Positions 32,497 through 42,651 of a stretch of 64,000 bases of DNA are shown here, in pieces. Positions within the stretch are counted from its first letter, which is position 1. The number at the start of each line of letters is the position of its first letter. The DNA lies in the NCBI GenBank assembly GCA_963779415.1, contig CAVZYA010000002.1, positions 1,216,001 to 1,280,000 on the forward strand. The letters are read 5' to 3'. Source of the DNA: an uncultured Acidobacteriota bacterium (GTDB lineage: Bacteria > Acidobacteriota > Thermoanaerobaculia > UBA5066). The notes beneath the pieces were generated by a model. It was not told the origin of the DNA. It did not search any database and saw nothing but the letters and a program-made list of their open reading frames with translations. Made by a program: the position numbers and the translations under genes.

Positions 32497-32555
32497 CGGC
32501 CGTCTTCGCCTTCGACCGTCACTTCTTGGACGAGGGCTTCTCGCCGGTACGCTGA
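32493..32555 (+). pseudogene. Internally deleted PIN/VapC toxin remnant (20 aa)
   Basis: GTGA overlap with the antitoxin stop; MTAVFAFDRHFLDEGFSPVR joins a PIN-like start to the PIN C-terminal AFDxHF..xGF motif. Confidence 0.6.
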
Positions 32556-33481
32556 GGGCGCGTCAGCGCCACCCGCCGCTCGTCCTTCGACTCTTCCAGC
32601 TCCTCGAGGCTCTTCGGCCAGTCGCCTTTGAGGAGGCGCGAGAGGGAGCGGTCGGCGAGGAGCCGGCCCCCGGTCTGGCAGGTGGGGCAGTAGTTCGTTT
32701 CGTTCTCCGCGTAAACGATCCTCTGGACGTCGGTGCCACAGACGGGGCAGGGCTTCCGATATTTCCCGTGTACGGCCATCTCCTCCCGGAAGGCGGTGAC
32801 CTTCTCCGGGAACGCATCGCCCGTCTCGCGCCGGAGGCGCTCGGTCCACTCGACGAGTGTCTGCCTGGTCGCGTCGAAGAGACGCACGATCTCCTCGTCC
32901 GTGAGCTTCCGTGTCAGGGCGATGGGGGAGAGCTTCGCCCGGTGGAGAATCTCGTCGGAGTAGGCGTTGCCGATTCCGGAGAAGAGGCGCGGGTCGGTGA
33001 GCGCGCGCTTCACCGTGTGGTTCTCCATCGTCAGCGCCGTCCGGAACGACGAGAGGTCGGCCTCCGGGACCTCGAGCCCGCCGGGGTCGAGGGCCGCGAG
33101 GGCGTCGAGGCCGTGGACGAGGCGGATCCACGCCCGTTTCTTCGGACTCGCCTCGGTCAGGAGGAGCGTTCCGGCGTCGACGTCGATCGCCGCGAGGCCG
33201 ACCTTCCCGGGGATCGCCGCGGGGCGCGGGCCCGCCTTCCAGCGGAGCCGTCCCGCGATCATCAGGTGAAGGACGAGAAAGAGATCTCCTTCGAGCGCGA
33301 GGACGATCCGCTTCCCCATCCGGCGGACGGCCACGACGCCTCGTCCTTCGGCCTCGGCGAGGGGGGGTGTCACCGACCGGAGGACGAACGGGCTCCGGAG
33401 GCGGACTCGACGGAGCGTTCCGCCGGCGAGTCGGCGGGCGAGATGCTCGACGTAAAGAGTGATATCCGGCAATTCCGGCAT
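32519..33481 (-). CDS. Fpg/Nei family DNA glycosylase
   Basis: MPELPD, HLMIAG, SGIGNAYSDEIL, CPVC...CPTCQ zinc finger. Confidence 0.92.
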   Translation of the reverse strand: MPELPDITLYVEHLARRLAGGTLRRVRLRSPFVLRSVTPPLAEAEGRGVVAVRRMGKRIVLALEGDLFLVLHLMIAGRLRWKAGPRPAAIPGKVGLAAIDVDAGTLLLTEASPKKRAWIRLVHGLDALAALDPGGLEVPEADLSSFRTALTMENHTVKRALTDPRLFSGIGNAYSDEILHRAKLSPIALTRKLTDEEIVRLFDATRQTLVEWTERLRRETGDAFPEKVTAFREEMAVHGKYRKPCPVCGTDVQRIVYAENETNYCPTCQTGGRLLADRSLSRLLKGDWPKSLEELEESKDERRVALTRPQRTGEKPSSKK

Positions 33482-33500
33482 TTCCGGCGAGAATAGACCC

Positions 33501-35081
33501 ATGCCGAAGGCCGTCTTCCGGAAACAGGGCGAAGAGAAGGCCTTCTCCGGCGGCCGGCGGCCGGGCCTCTCGACCGAGCAGCTCACGCGGGGGGTGACCC
33601 GCCTCGGCAACCTCGGTCTTCTCTGCGCGGTCGCCCTGACCTTCCTCTCCGTCGCCGGACGTTTCCTCCTCGCCCGCAGCCCGTCGCCCCCCGTCCTCCC
33701 CCCGGTCCTCCCGTACGCGGAGATTGCCGCCGTCCTGATCTCCCTCGCCGTCTTCGCCTACGCGCGCCGGGAGGACCTCGATCCGGGCGAGGCGCTAGAC
33801 AGGGGTCTTGTCTTCGAGGTCGTCCTCGGCCTTCTGATGTCGGTCATGCATCACTCGTTGTCGTGGGTGGGCAACGCGCCGCCGCGCGGATGGACGCCGG
33901 TCGCGGTCTGGATCATCGTCTTCCCGCTCATGGTGCCGGCCACGCGCGGCAAGTCGACGCTCGCGACCTTCGCGACCGCGGCGATGGACCCGGCCGGCCT
34001 CTTCATCAACGTCGCCGCGGGACTGCCGATGCCCCCTCCCGTCTTCCTCGCGCAGATGTTCCTTCCGACGGTCGTCGCGGTCGGGATCGCCCTCGTCGGG
34101 GCGCGGATCGTCCACGAGCTGCGCGAGGATGCCGGGGCCGTCCCGGAGATGGGGTCGTACCGGCTCGTCTCGCTGATAGGGAAAGGAGGGATGGGCGAGG
34201 TCTGGCGCGCCGACCACCGGCTGCTCGCGCGCCCGGCCGCCATCAAGATCATCCGCCCCGATGGCGCCGGAGGAAAGGAAGCCATCGCGCGGTTCAAGCG
34301 CGAGGCCGAAGCGACCGCGACCCTCAGGTCGCCGCACACCGTCCAGCTCTACGATTTCGGTCTGACGGACGACGGCTGTTTCTTCTCGGTGATGGAGCTT
34401 CTGGACGGCTTCCCGCTGGACGACATGGTCGAGCGGTGGGGACCGATGACGCCGGCGCGGACGGTCCACGTCCTCCTCGGCGTCTGCAAGTCGCTGCGCG
34501 AGGCGCACCGGCTCGGTCTCATCCACCGCGACATCAAGCCGGGAAACATCTTCCTCTGCCGCTCCGGCACCGAGCTGGACCATGTGAAGGTCCTCGACTT
34601 CGGCCTCGTGAAGGAGATCGCGACCGACGTCAGCCTGACGCAGACCGGATTCATCACGGGGACGCCGGGGTTCATGGCGCCGGAGATGGCGCTCGGCCGG
34701 AAGGACCTCGACGGCCGGACGGATCTCTACTCGCTCGCCTGTGTCGGCTTCTACCTCCTGACGGGGGGGCCGGTCTTCGACAAGAAGACGCCGATCGAGA
34801 TCATCATGGACCACGCCAAGACCCCCCCGCCGAGGCCGTCGGAGAAGTCAGGGAAGCCGGTTCCCGAGGGGCTCGAGGACCTCCTGATGGACTGCCTCGC
34901 GAAGGAGCCGAAAGACCGCCCCGAGAGCGCGCGCGAGGTGGAACGCCGTCTCTGGGCGCTCTACCTGCCGGATCTCTGGACGCCGGACATGGCCGAGCGG
35001 TGGTGGTCCGAGCACGTCTCGCCCGTCCTTCCGGGCGCGACGCATCCGGAGTCGCCGCCGACGAAGGTCTCGCCGGCCTGA
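33501..35081 (+). CDS. Membrane-bound Ser/Thr protein kinase
   Basis: N-terminal TM helices; GKGGMGEV, HRDIKPGN, DFG, FMAPE. Confidence 0.92.
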   Translation: MPKAVFRKQGEEKAFSGGRRPGLSTEQLTRGVTRLGNLGLLCAVALTFLSVAGRFLLARSPSPPVLPPVLPYAEIAAVLISLAVFAYARREDLDPGEALDRGLVFEVVLGLLMSVMHHSLSWVGNAPPRGWTPVAVWIIVFPLMVPATRGKSTLATFATAAMDPAGLFINVAAGLPMPPPVFLAQMFLPTVVAVGIALVGARIVHELREDAGAVPEMGSYRLVSLIGKGGMGEVWRADHRLLARPAAIKIIRPDGAGGKEAIARFKREAEATATLRSPHTVQLYDFGLTDDGCFFSVMELLDGFPLDDMVERWGPMTPARTVHVLLGVCKSLREAHRLGLIHRDIKPGNIFLCRSGTELDHVKVLDFGLVKEIATDVSLTQTGFITGTPGFMAPEMALGRKDLDGRTDLYSLACVGFYLLTGGPVFDKKTPIEIIMDHAKTPPPRPSEKSGKPVPEGLEDLLMDCLAKEPKDRPESAREVERRLWALYLPDLWTPDMAERWWSEHVSPVLPGATHPESPPTKVSPA

Positions 35082-35094
35082 CGGAGAGCGGGCG

Positions 35095-35754
35095 ATGTGC
35101 GGCCGCTACTACTTCTTCACGCCCGCCGACATCGTGGCGGGGCGCTTCGGCCTCGCCGCGAGTCCGGCGCTTCGCCCCCGTTTCAACATCGCGCCGCAGT
35201 CCGAGGCCCCGGTCATCCTCGTCGGAGAAGGAACCCGGCGTCTCGTGGCGATGCGCTGGGGGCTCGTCCCCTCCTGGTCGAAGGACCCGGCGTCGGCCTA
35301 CAGGATGATCAACGCCCGCGCCGAGACCGCGCCCGCAAAGCCGAGCTTCCGCGGCCCCTTCCGCCGGCAGCGCGCTCTCGTCCCCGCCGACGGCTTCTAC
35401 GAGTGGAAGCGGGAGGGGGAGACGAAGCGCCCCTTCGCCCTCCGTCTCGCCTCGAAGGAGCCGTTCGCGATGGCGGGGCTCTGGGACCGTTGGAAGACAC
35501 CCGACGGGGGCGAGCTTCTCTCCTTCACGATACTGACGACCTCGGCAAACCCTCTCGTCTCACAGGTCCACGACCGGATGCCCGTCATCCTCCCGCGCGA
35601 AGCGGAGGGGGCATGGCTCGACCCGACGGAGAGCGAGACCGCCCTCAAGTCCCTCCTCGTCCCCTACGCCGGGGAGATGGAAGCGGTCCCGATCGGGAAG
35701 GCCGTCAACAACCCCCGCAACGACGGGCCGGAGCTGCTGACGTCGGTCGCGTGA
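35095..35754 (+). CDS. SOS response-associated peptidase (SRAP/YedK)
   Basis: MCGRY, FNIAP, WGLVP, INARAET, GFYEW, HDRMPVIL. Confidence 0.95.
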   Translation: MCGRYYFFTPADIVAGRFGLAASPALRPRFNIAPQSEAPVILVGEGTRRLVAMRWGLVPSWSKDPASAYRMINARAETAPAKPSFRGPFRRQRALVPADGFYEWKREGETKRPFALRLASKEPFAMAGLWDRWKTPDGGELLSFTILTTSANPLVSQVHDRMPVILPREAEGAWLDPTESETALKSLLVPYAGEMEAVPIGKAVNNPRNDGPELLTSVA

Positions 35755-35760
35755 CGGCCC

Positions 35761-35782
35761 CGGCCGGGAGGCGTCCCGGCCG
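35761..35782. terminator. Hairpin between convergent genes
   Basis: CGGCCGGGA-GGCG-TCCCGGCCG perfect 9-bp stem. Confidence 0.5.
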
Positions 35783-35793
35783 AGGGTCCCATC

Positions 35794-37884
35794 CTAGAGC
35801 TTCGAGGCGGTGCCGTCGCCGTTGTTCGCGACCCAGATGCTGGTCCCGTCGAAGGCCACGCCCTGGGGCGCCGCGCCGACGCTGAACGTGCCCAGGTTCG
35901 CCCCGTCGCTGGCCTGGACCTTCGTGACGTCCTTCGTGTTGCTGTTTGCGACCCAGATGCTGGTCCCGTCGAACGCCACGCCATACGGGCTGGATCCCAC
36001 GGGAAACGTCCCGAGATTCGCCCCGTCGCTGGCGCGGAGCTTCGTGACGGTGTTGTCGCCGCTGTTCGTCACCCAGACGTTGGCTCCGTCGAAGGCCACG
36101 CCGCGGGGGCCGGCGCCGACGCTGAAGGTCCCCAGGGACGCCCCGTCGCCGGCGCGGAGCTTCGTGACGGTATTGTCGCCGTTGTTCGTCACCCAGACGC
36201 TCGCTCCGTCGAAGGCCACTCCGAAGGGATACGAGCCGACGGAAAACGCCCCGAGATTCGTCCCATCGGCCGCCCGGAGCCTCGTGACGCTGTTTCCCTG
36301 CCGGTTGGCGACCCAGATGTTGGCTCCGTCGAAGGCCACGCCGTACGGGTACGAAGCGACGGAATACGTCCCGAGGACCGTCCCGTCGGAGGCCCTGAGC
36401 TTCGTGACGTTCTTGCTGCCCGCGTTCACGACCCAGATGTTGGCTCCGTCGAAGGCCACACCGCCCGGGGACGACCCGACGGGAAACGTCCCGAGGTTCA
36501 GTCCGTCACTGGCCCTGAGCTTCGTGACGTTGTTGCCGCCGGAGTTCGTCACCCAGACGTTCGATCCGTCGAAGGCCATGCCTGCCGGGTTCGTCCCCGC
36601 GACGAACGTCAGTCCGGTCAGATTGGCCGGATACCACTTGAGGAGAGCGACCTGGAGCGGGTTGGCCGCGACCGACGCGGGCGCCGCGCTCGCGATCGTC
36701 AGCGTATTGCCGGAGGTCGTGAGCGTGACGTTCGATCCGGCCGCGAGCGTCACGGCGTCCGCGAGGCCGTTGAGGGTCTTGACGACCTGCCCCGAGGCGA
36801 TCGCGGCCGCCGTGACGGCGCCGGCGGCGATCTTCGGCGGCGTGACGGCGCTGGCGGAGAGCTCGCTTGCGGTGACGCCTCCGGCGGCGATGCCGAGCGT
36901 CACGTTCCCCGAGACTCCGCCTCCCGTCAGACCCGTTCCCGCCGTGACGCCCGTGATGCCACCCGAGCCCCCGCCCGTCGCCGCGATCGTCAGCATGTTG
37001 CCCGAAGACGAGAGGGTGACGTTCGCACCGGCGGCGAGCGTCACAGCGCCCGTGAGGCCGTTGAAGCTGGTGACGCCGGCCGACCCGGCCAGAAGGGAGT
37101 CCGGAAACGACATCTCGAAAGACGAGGTGTCGTTGGAGCCGTTTGCGACCTGGGCCCCGTAGAGGACGACCCTTCCGGTGCCGCCCGTGACCGTGGCCGA
37201 AAGGAGGGCGTTCGTCGTCGCGAGCCCCGGGACGACGTCCGCGACGCTGTACTGCAGCGCCTCCCTCGCGCCGATGGCGTAGTCCTTGGTGCCGAGCGTC
37301 CGGCCGGACGGATCCTCCAGGCTGACGTGGACGGTCGCGGAGACGGGATCGACGTTCACGAGGCCGAAGTTGTAGCGGAAGTTCTCGGCGCCCTGCGTGA
37401 CGCCCTGGAGCTGGGTCACCTCGCCGGGGCCGATCGCGAAGTCGGCCCGGATGCCGTTGAAGGACGCCCCCTGACCGTCCTCGATCTTCCCGCTCGCGGG
37501 GAGGTTGAACGTGCGCGCGGAGACGAACAAGGGCCCCGGGGCCGTGATGCGGACGGCCCCGCTCACCCCCGAAAGGCCATAGAACGACTCGACGACGTTC
37601 TCGTAACGCCGCGTCTCGCCGGCGGCGAGGGTGTCGGAGAAGGTCCGGGGCGTCATGTTCGTCTGGTCGCGCTGGTAGAACGCCGCGTCGAAGGCGAGGG
37701 GCTGTGGCGACAGGTTCGTGATCCAGATCGTGGAGTACCACTCGCTGTCGAAGCTGCCGGGGGACCGGGACACGGCGGGGACGAGGACGTCCGTGCCGGA
37801 GAAGCCGGCGGCGACGGGCGGGGCGTCGATGGCCAAGGCGATAGCGATGGCGAGAGCCACCAGGGAAGGCCGCGAGTGGCGCAT
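35794..37884 (-). CDS. Secreted adhesin-like protein: N-terminal beta domain, fibre-like stalk, YncE/YVTN-type beta-propeller
   Basis: Signal peptide MRHSRPSLVALAIA; two NGLxxAVTLAAGxNVTL stalk repeats; seven GVAFDGxxIWVxN repeats. Confidence 0.85.
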   Translation of the reverse strand: MRHSRPSLVALAIAIALAIDAPPVAAGFSGTDVLVPAVSRSPGSFDSEWYSTIWITNLSPQPLAFDAAFYQRDQTNMTPRTFSDTLAAGETRRYENVVESFYGLSGVSGAVRITAPGPLFVSARTFNLPASGKIEDGQGASFNGIRADFAIGPGEVTQLQGVTQGAENFRYNFGLVNVDPVSATVHVSLEDPSGRTLGTKDYAIGAREALQYSVADVVPGLATTNALLSATVTGGTGRVVLYGAQVANGSNDTSSFEMSFPDSLLAGSAGVTSFNGLTGAVTLAAGANVTLSSSGNMLTIAATGGGSGGITGVTAGTGLTGGGVSGNVTLGIAAGGVTASELSASAVTPPKIAAGAVTAAAIASGQVVKTLNGLADAVTLAAGSNVTLTTSGNTLTIASAAPASVAANPLQVALLKWYPANLTGLTFVAGTNPAGMAFDGSNVWVTNSGGNNVTKLRASDGLNLGTFPVGSSPGGVAFDGANIWVVNAGSKNVTKLRASDGTVLGTYSVASYPYGVAFDGANIWVANRQGNSVTRLRAADGTNLGAFSVGSYPFGVAFDGASVWVTNNGDNTVTKLRAGDGASLGTFSVGAGPRGVAFDGANVWVTNSGDNTVTKLRASDGANLGTFPVGSSPYGVAFDGTSIWVANSNTKDVTKVQASDGANLGTFSVGAAPQGVAFDGTSIWVANNGDGTASKL
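35800..36610 (-). repeat. Intragenic tandem repeat, 120-bp period, 7 units
   Basis: acccaga...cgtcgaa recurs at 35831, 35951, 36071, 36191, 36311, 36431, 36551. Confidence 0.9.
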
Positions 37885-37984
37885 GAGTCTCTCCTCGACG
37901 TCGGTCGCGATTCCGACGGCCGGATACCGCCTCACAATGGTAGACCAGCCCCCGGCCGGTCCCGGCACGCCGCCGGACCGGCCG

Positions 37985-39212
37985 TCACGCCCCCGGGAGC
38001 GGCGGGGGGAGACGGGGCCGGAGTCGTCCACGTTTGCGACTTCGACGCGGTTGCGGCCCCGCCGCTTGGCCCGGTAGAGGGCGTGGTCGGCGGCGCGGAC
38101 GAGGGCCTCGGCGGAGCTCGGCTCGCCGGCCTCCATCGCCGCGACGCCGAAGCTCGACGTGATGGAGAGAGGAGGCGCCTCGGCCGGGCGGATCTCTTCC
38201 GCCGCGAGGCCGGCGCGAAGGCGCTCGGCGAGAACGGCGGCCTCGGCGCGCCCGCAGTCGGGAAGGGCGACGAGAAACTCCTCTCCCCCCAGCGCCCGAC
38301 GGCGTCGTGGGGCCGGACGAGTGCCTGAAGCCGCCGGGCCGTCTCGTAGAGCGCGCGGTCGCCGGCGTGATGGCCGTACGCATCGTTGATGTCCTTGAAC
38401 CAGTCGAGGTCGGCGATGACGACGGCGAAGGCGCTCTCCTGGTGGCGGGCGCGGCGAAGCCCGCGCTCCACGACGTCGAGGATGGCGGAGCGGTTCCATA
38501 GACCGGTGACGGTGTCGCGCGTCGCCTGCACGTGCAGCGCCTCGCGCGACTCCTCGAGCTGGCGCGTCTTCTGGTCCAGCTCGCGGACGAGGTCACGTGC
38601 CGTCCGGAAGAGAAGTGCGATGCGGAGCCGGAGCCGGTCGGCCGACCGTGCGGAAACCGCGACGTAGAGGCAGACACACCAGATGAGGAGAGCCTTGAGG
38701 AGGCCGATCCTCCAGTCGACGGAGTAGCCGGCCGCCGAGCGAAGGCCGAGAAGAGCGACCCAGAAGGCCGTCCCGATCTGTCCGAAGAGAAAGACGTGTC
38801 CGCTCCCGCGTGACGCCTGGTTCGCGACATGCGCCATCGGGAGGAAGAAAAAGAGGCTCGCCTCGGCGCCGGTCAGCCAGATGACGGCGCCGACCGGGAT
38901 GAAGTCGAGAGCGAGGAACGCGAGTCCCGTCCACCGGACGGCACGTCCCGGCGGCGGGATGCGGACGAGAAGCGACGAAGAGGCCGCGTAAAGAAGGGAG
39001 AAGAGCGCGAAGAGGGCGATCTGGGAACCGGGCGGCGCGCCGCCGGTCCCGCGGCTCACCGCCATCAGCGCGGCGAGCAGGAGGTACCCGATGGCCCGCA
39101 GGCGGGGAATCTCGACGCGCCAGAGGTGTCCCTCGCGCTCCTGCGCGCGAAGCTCCGCCTTCCGGGGATCGAGCTCGAGCTGGGGCTGCTGTTCCGTCAC
39201 GCCGTCGTCCAC
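37985..39212 (-). CDS. Membrane diguanylate cyclase (GGEEF); frameshifts at C6 38285-38290 and probably G6 38004-38009
   Basis: TM region; DTVTGLWNR, DLDWFKDINDAYGHHAGD, GRWG/GEEF, ADHALYRAKRRGRNRV. Confidence 0.85.
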
Positions 39213-39328
39213 CGAAGGAAGGATATCCGGTGGGAGGAGCGTGCCTTACGTCCGGGGCTTCCCGGTTCCGGAATCGCCTCGTGCGGGAAGGGGGAACGGG
39301 TGACGGTCCGGACGTACACTTTCGACCC

Positions 39329-39850
39329 GTGAAGCGTCGTCTCGCCGCGGTCCTCATCGTCTCCTTCGCTCTCGCCGGCTGCGCGTCGGCACCCCCGTCG
39401 GCAGCCTCGGCGCGCCTCCGCTCCCTCGTCCTCGTCGAAGCGTCGGGGGGAAGCCCCGAGACCGAGACGTTCGTCTCGCGGTTCCTCTTCGTCCTCTCGG
39501 AGGCGGGGCTCGGAAACGTCGCGGACGCCCGCCTCGGCGGAGCGAGGATCGAGATGTTGAAAGAGGCCGCCTCTCCCGAGGCCGTCCGGTTCCGCGAGCG
39601 TTATCCGGGCGACGGGTACGTCGGGCTGAGGCTCGACCCCTGCGGGTACACGGGGCCGGGGAGCGGGATCACCTGCACGGTCTTCGTCGTCCTGATCTCG
39701 CCCGACGGGAAGGAGACGGCGCACTTCGACTCCTCCGGCTCGAACTCGAGCGTGGTCACCGACGGGAGCGAGGACGGTCCGGAGGCGAGAGCCTCCCGCG
39801 TCGCGGCGGAGAAGGCGGCGAAAAAGCTCCTCACGCTCCTCGCGAGATGA
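39329..39850 (+). CDS. Hypothetical lipoprotein
   Basis: GTG start, KRRLAAVLIVSFALAGC lipobox. Confidence 0.7.
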   Translation: MKRRLAAVLIVSFALAGCASAPPSAASARLRSLVLVEASGGSPETETFVSRFLFVLSEAGLGNVADARLGGARIEMLKEAASPEAVRFRERYPGDGYVGLRLDPCGYTGPGSGITCTVFVVLISPDGKETAHFDSSGSNSSVVTDGSEDGPEARASRVAAEKAAKKLLTLLAR

Positions 39851-39943
39851 ACCGCCGCGCGAAAGCATCCCTTTTTCCCTGAGTCATTTGAATCATCGCC
39901 TCGGAATCGCATCGCGGAGAGACTCTGCGGCCGGAGGTTTTCC

Positions 39944-41710
39944 ATGCCTTCCAGCCAGATTACGCTCGGCGTCGTCGGCTCCGGTGGCGACGGCGTCATC
40001 ACGGTGGGTGAAATGATCGCCCAGGCGGCCGCGAGCGAAGGTCTCGACGTCATCAAGACGGAGGCTTACGGCCCGCAGATCCGGGGCGGCGAGTCGTCGT
40101 GCACGGTGAGGATCAGCCAGACCCCGATCGAGGCGCAGGCCGACGTCGTGGACGTCATGGTCATCTTCAACTGGCCCGACTACAACCGCTTCAAGGGCGA
40201 GATGGTGCCGGCCCAGGACGCCGTGATCCTCTACGAGGCGTCGGACCCGACGCCCGTTCCGGAAGGGATCTCCCCGAAGGGCCTCAAGGTCGCGGTGCCG
40301 TTCGTGGAGCTCGCGACGAAATTCGCCGGGACGAAGGCGGCGAAGAACATCGTCACCCTCGGCCTCCTCGCGGGCCTCTTCGGACTCCCCGAGAAGCGTA
40401 TCCGGGCCGCCATCGAGAGAAAGTTCAGCAAGAAGAAGGCCGGGCTTCTCGAGGCGAACGTGAAGGGCTTCGAGGCCGGCATCGAGTACGGAAAGACGGT
40501 CGGCAGCGGCGCGGAGGCGAAGAGGCTCACGTACAAGCCGGGCCCCGCGAGGGTCCTTCTCTCGGGGAACGAAGCGGCCGCCATCGGTGCCCTCCACGCG
40601 GGCTGCCGGTTCTTCTCCGGTTATCCGATCACCCCCTCTTCCGAGATCCTCCACTTCCTCTCGGAGTGGATGCCGAGGGTCGGGGGAGCGATCGTCCAGA
40701 CGGAGGACGAGCTGGCGGCCATCGGCGCCGTCGTCGGAGCGTCCTTCGCCGGCGTGAAGGCGATGACGGCCACCTCCGGACCCGGCCTCTCGCTGATGAC
40801 CGAGACGCTCGGCCTCTCGTCCATCGCCGAGATCCCGGCGGTCATCTTCAACGTCCAGCGGGGCGGACCCTCGACGGGCATCCCGACGAAGAGCGAGCAG
40901 AGCGATCTCTTCCAGGCCGTCTTCGCCGGGCACGGTGACGCGCCGCGCGTCGTCCTTTCCTGCGAGGACGTGAAGAGCTGCTTCCACGCCACCGTGGACG
41001 CCTTCAACATCGCCGAGGAGTACCAGGTCCCCGTCATCGTCCTGTCGGACCAGGGGATCGGCCAACGGCGCGAGACGGTGAAGATGGAGACCCTCGTCCA
41101 CGAAGTGGTGGACCGGCGCGTTCCGACGGCCGAGGAGATGAAGGGCTACAACCGCTACAAGGAGACCGCCGACGGCATCTCGCCGATGTCGACCCCCGGG
41201 ATGAAGGAGGGAATCTACCAGACGAACGGCCTCGAGCACGACGAGGCGGGGCGTCCGAGCGCGGGGTTCCTCCTTCACGAGCGGATGAACGCCAAGCGGT
41301 ACCGGAAGCTCCGCCCCATCCGCGACAAGAACTCGAAGTTCCTCCGGATCGGGCCCGAGCAGGCCGATCTCGGCATCCTCTGCTGGGGCTCGTCCAAGGG
41401 GCCGGTCTGGGAGGCCGTCACGGCCGCCAACGCGAAGGGCCAGAAGGTGGCCGCCTTCGTCCCGCAGATGCTCTATCCGTTTCCGACCGAACCCTTCAAG
41501 GCATTTCTTGCCGGCGTGAAGGAAGTTCTCGTGATGGAGATCTCCTACGCCGCCCAGTTCTACAAGTACCTCCGAACCTTCCTCGACCTGCCGAGCAATG
41601 TCCACGTCTTCAAGCGGTCGGGCGGGATCAATCTGACCGTTCCTGAGGTCGAGGGGCAGATCAAGAAGCTCCTCGCAGAGATGCACACACGCCAGGAGGT
41701 GCTGATGTGA
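39944..41710 (+). CDS. korA: 2-oxoacid:ferredoxin oxidoreductase alpha subunit (gamma-alpha fusion)
   Basis: GSGGDGV, QIRGGES, GYPITPSSE, EDELAA, TATSGPG, QRGGPSTG. Confidence 0.93.
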   Translation: MPSSQITLGVVGSGGDGVITVGEMIAQAAASEGLDVIKTEAYGPQIRGGESSCTVRISQTPIEAQADVVDVMVIFNWPDYNRFKGEMVPAQDAVILYEASDPTPVPEGISPKGLKVAVPFVELATKFAGTKAAKNIVTLGLLAGLFGLPEKRIRAAIERKFSKKKAGLLEANVKGFEAGIEYGKTVGSGAEAKRLTYKPGPARVLLSGNEAAAIGALHAGCRFFSGYPITPSSEILHFLSEWMPRVGGAIVQTEDELAAIGAVVGASFAGVKAMTATSGPGLSLMTETLGLSSIAEIPAVIFNVQRGGPSTGIPTKSEQSDLFQAVFAGHGDAPRVVLSCEDVKSCFHATVDAFNIAEEYQVPVIVLSDQGIGQRRETVKMETLVHEVVDRRVPTAEEMKGYNRYKETADGISPMSTPGMKEGIYQTNGLEHDEAGRPSAGFLLHERMNAKRYRKLRPIRDKNSKFLRIGPEQADLGILCWGSSKGPVWEAVTAANAKGQKVAAFVPQMLYPFPTEPFKAFLAGVKEVLVMEISYAAQFYKYLRTFLDLPSNVHVFKRSGGINLTVPEVEGQIKKLLAEMHTRQEVLM

Positions 41711-42576
41711 GCGCCACCCTTCCGGCCTTCACCGCGGCCTCGTACAAGACCGACCTGAAGCCCGTCTGGTGCGCCGGGTGCGGCGATTTCGGCGCACTGA
41801 CCGGCGTCTACCGGGCGATGGCCGAGCTCCAGTGGGAGCCGTGGAACAGCGTAGTCGTCTCCGGCATCGGCTGCTCCTCGCGCCTGCCGGGCTACGTCGC
41901 CACGTACGGCTTCAACGGCATCCACGGCCGCGCCCTGACTCTGGCCACCGGCATCAAGGTGGCCCGCCCCGAGCTGCATGTGGTCGCCGTGGGGGGCGAC
42001 GGGGACGGACTCGCCATCGGCGGCAACCACCTCCTCCATTCGGCGCGCCGGAACCTCGACGTGACCTACCTGCTGATGGACAACGAGATCTACGGACTGA
42101 CGAAGGGGCAGGTGGCCCCCACGACGCCGGTCGGCGACAAGACGAAGTCGACGTACTACGGGAACCCCGAGCCGAATTTCGATCCATGCGAGCTGGCGGT
42201 CTCCTTCGGGGCGACGTGGGTCGGCCGCGCCTTCTCCGGCGACGTGAAGGGGACGGTCGATCTGATCGTCAAGGCGATGAAGCACCACGGCTTCGCCTTC
42301 CTGAACGTCATGTCCCCCTGCGTCACGTGGCGCGGCGAGGACCAGTTCAAGACCTTCAAGGCCAAGTCGAGGCCTCTCCCGGAAGGCCACGACCCGTCGA
42401 GCCGCGCCGAGGCAATGAAGTACACGCGCGAGAAGGACGTCATGACGCTCGGCGTCCTCTACGAGGTCCACCAGCCCTCGCTGACCGACCGGACCGAGGA
42501 CCTCAAGAAGCGGGCGAAGAAGGACCCGCAGCCGACGACCCAGGACATCGTCAAGACGTTCCTGCCTTCGTTCTGA
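41707..42576 (+). CDS. korB: 2-oxoacid:ferredoxin oxidoreductase beta subunit
   Basis: WCAGCG, SGIGCSSR, HGRA, GGDGD, YGLTKGQ, SPCVT. Confidence 0.93.
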   Translation: MSATLPAFTAASYKTDLKPVWCAGCGDFGALTGVYRAMAELQWEPWNSVVVSGIGCSSRLPGYVATYGFNGIHGRALTLATGIKVARPELHVVAVGGDGDGLAIGGNHLLHSARRNLDVTYLLMDNEIYGLTKGQVAPTTPVGDKTKSTYYGNPEPNFDPCELAVSFGATWVGRAFSGDVKGTVDLIVKAMKHHGFAFLNVMSPCVTWRGEDQFKTFKAKSRPLPEGHDPSSRAEAMKYTREKDVMTLGVLYEVHQPSLTDRTEDLKKRAKKDPQPTTQDIVKTFLPSF

Positions 42577-42577
42577 T

Positions 42578-42630
42578 CGGCGCTTCGGCGCCGGGAAATG
42601 ACTAGGCCGGCGGGTGACCGCCGGCCTTTC
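42578..42630 (+). terminator. Double hairpin / intrinsic terminator
   Basis: CGGCGC-TTCG-GCGCCG then AGGCCGGCGG-GTGA-CCGCCGGCCT-TTC between convergent genes. Confidence 0.65.
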
Positions 42631-42651
42631 GATTCAAGAAACGAGCGGGGC

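Noticed and set aside
32519-35754. Fpg + kinase + SRAP as a dedicated repair or mutagenesis cassette
   Set aside because: Divergent orientation, no imuABC or polymerase, no recognisable LexA box; proximity may be incidental.
35794-38499. 901-aa ORF suggesting a GGDEF-adhesin fusion
   Set aside because: One extra base in the G6 run at 38004 gives a stop at 37985, and the adhesin has its own RBS, ATG and signal peptide at 37884.
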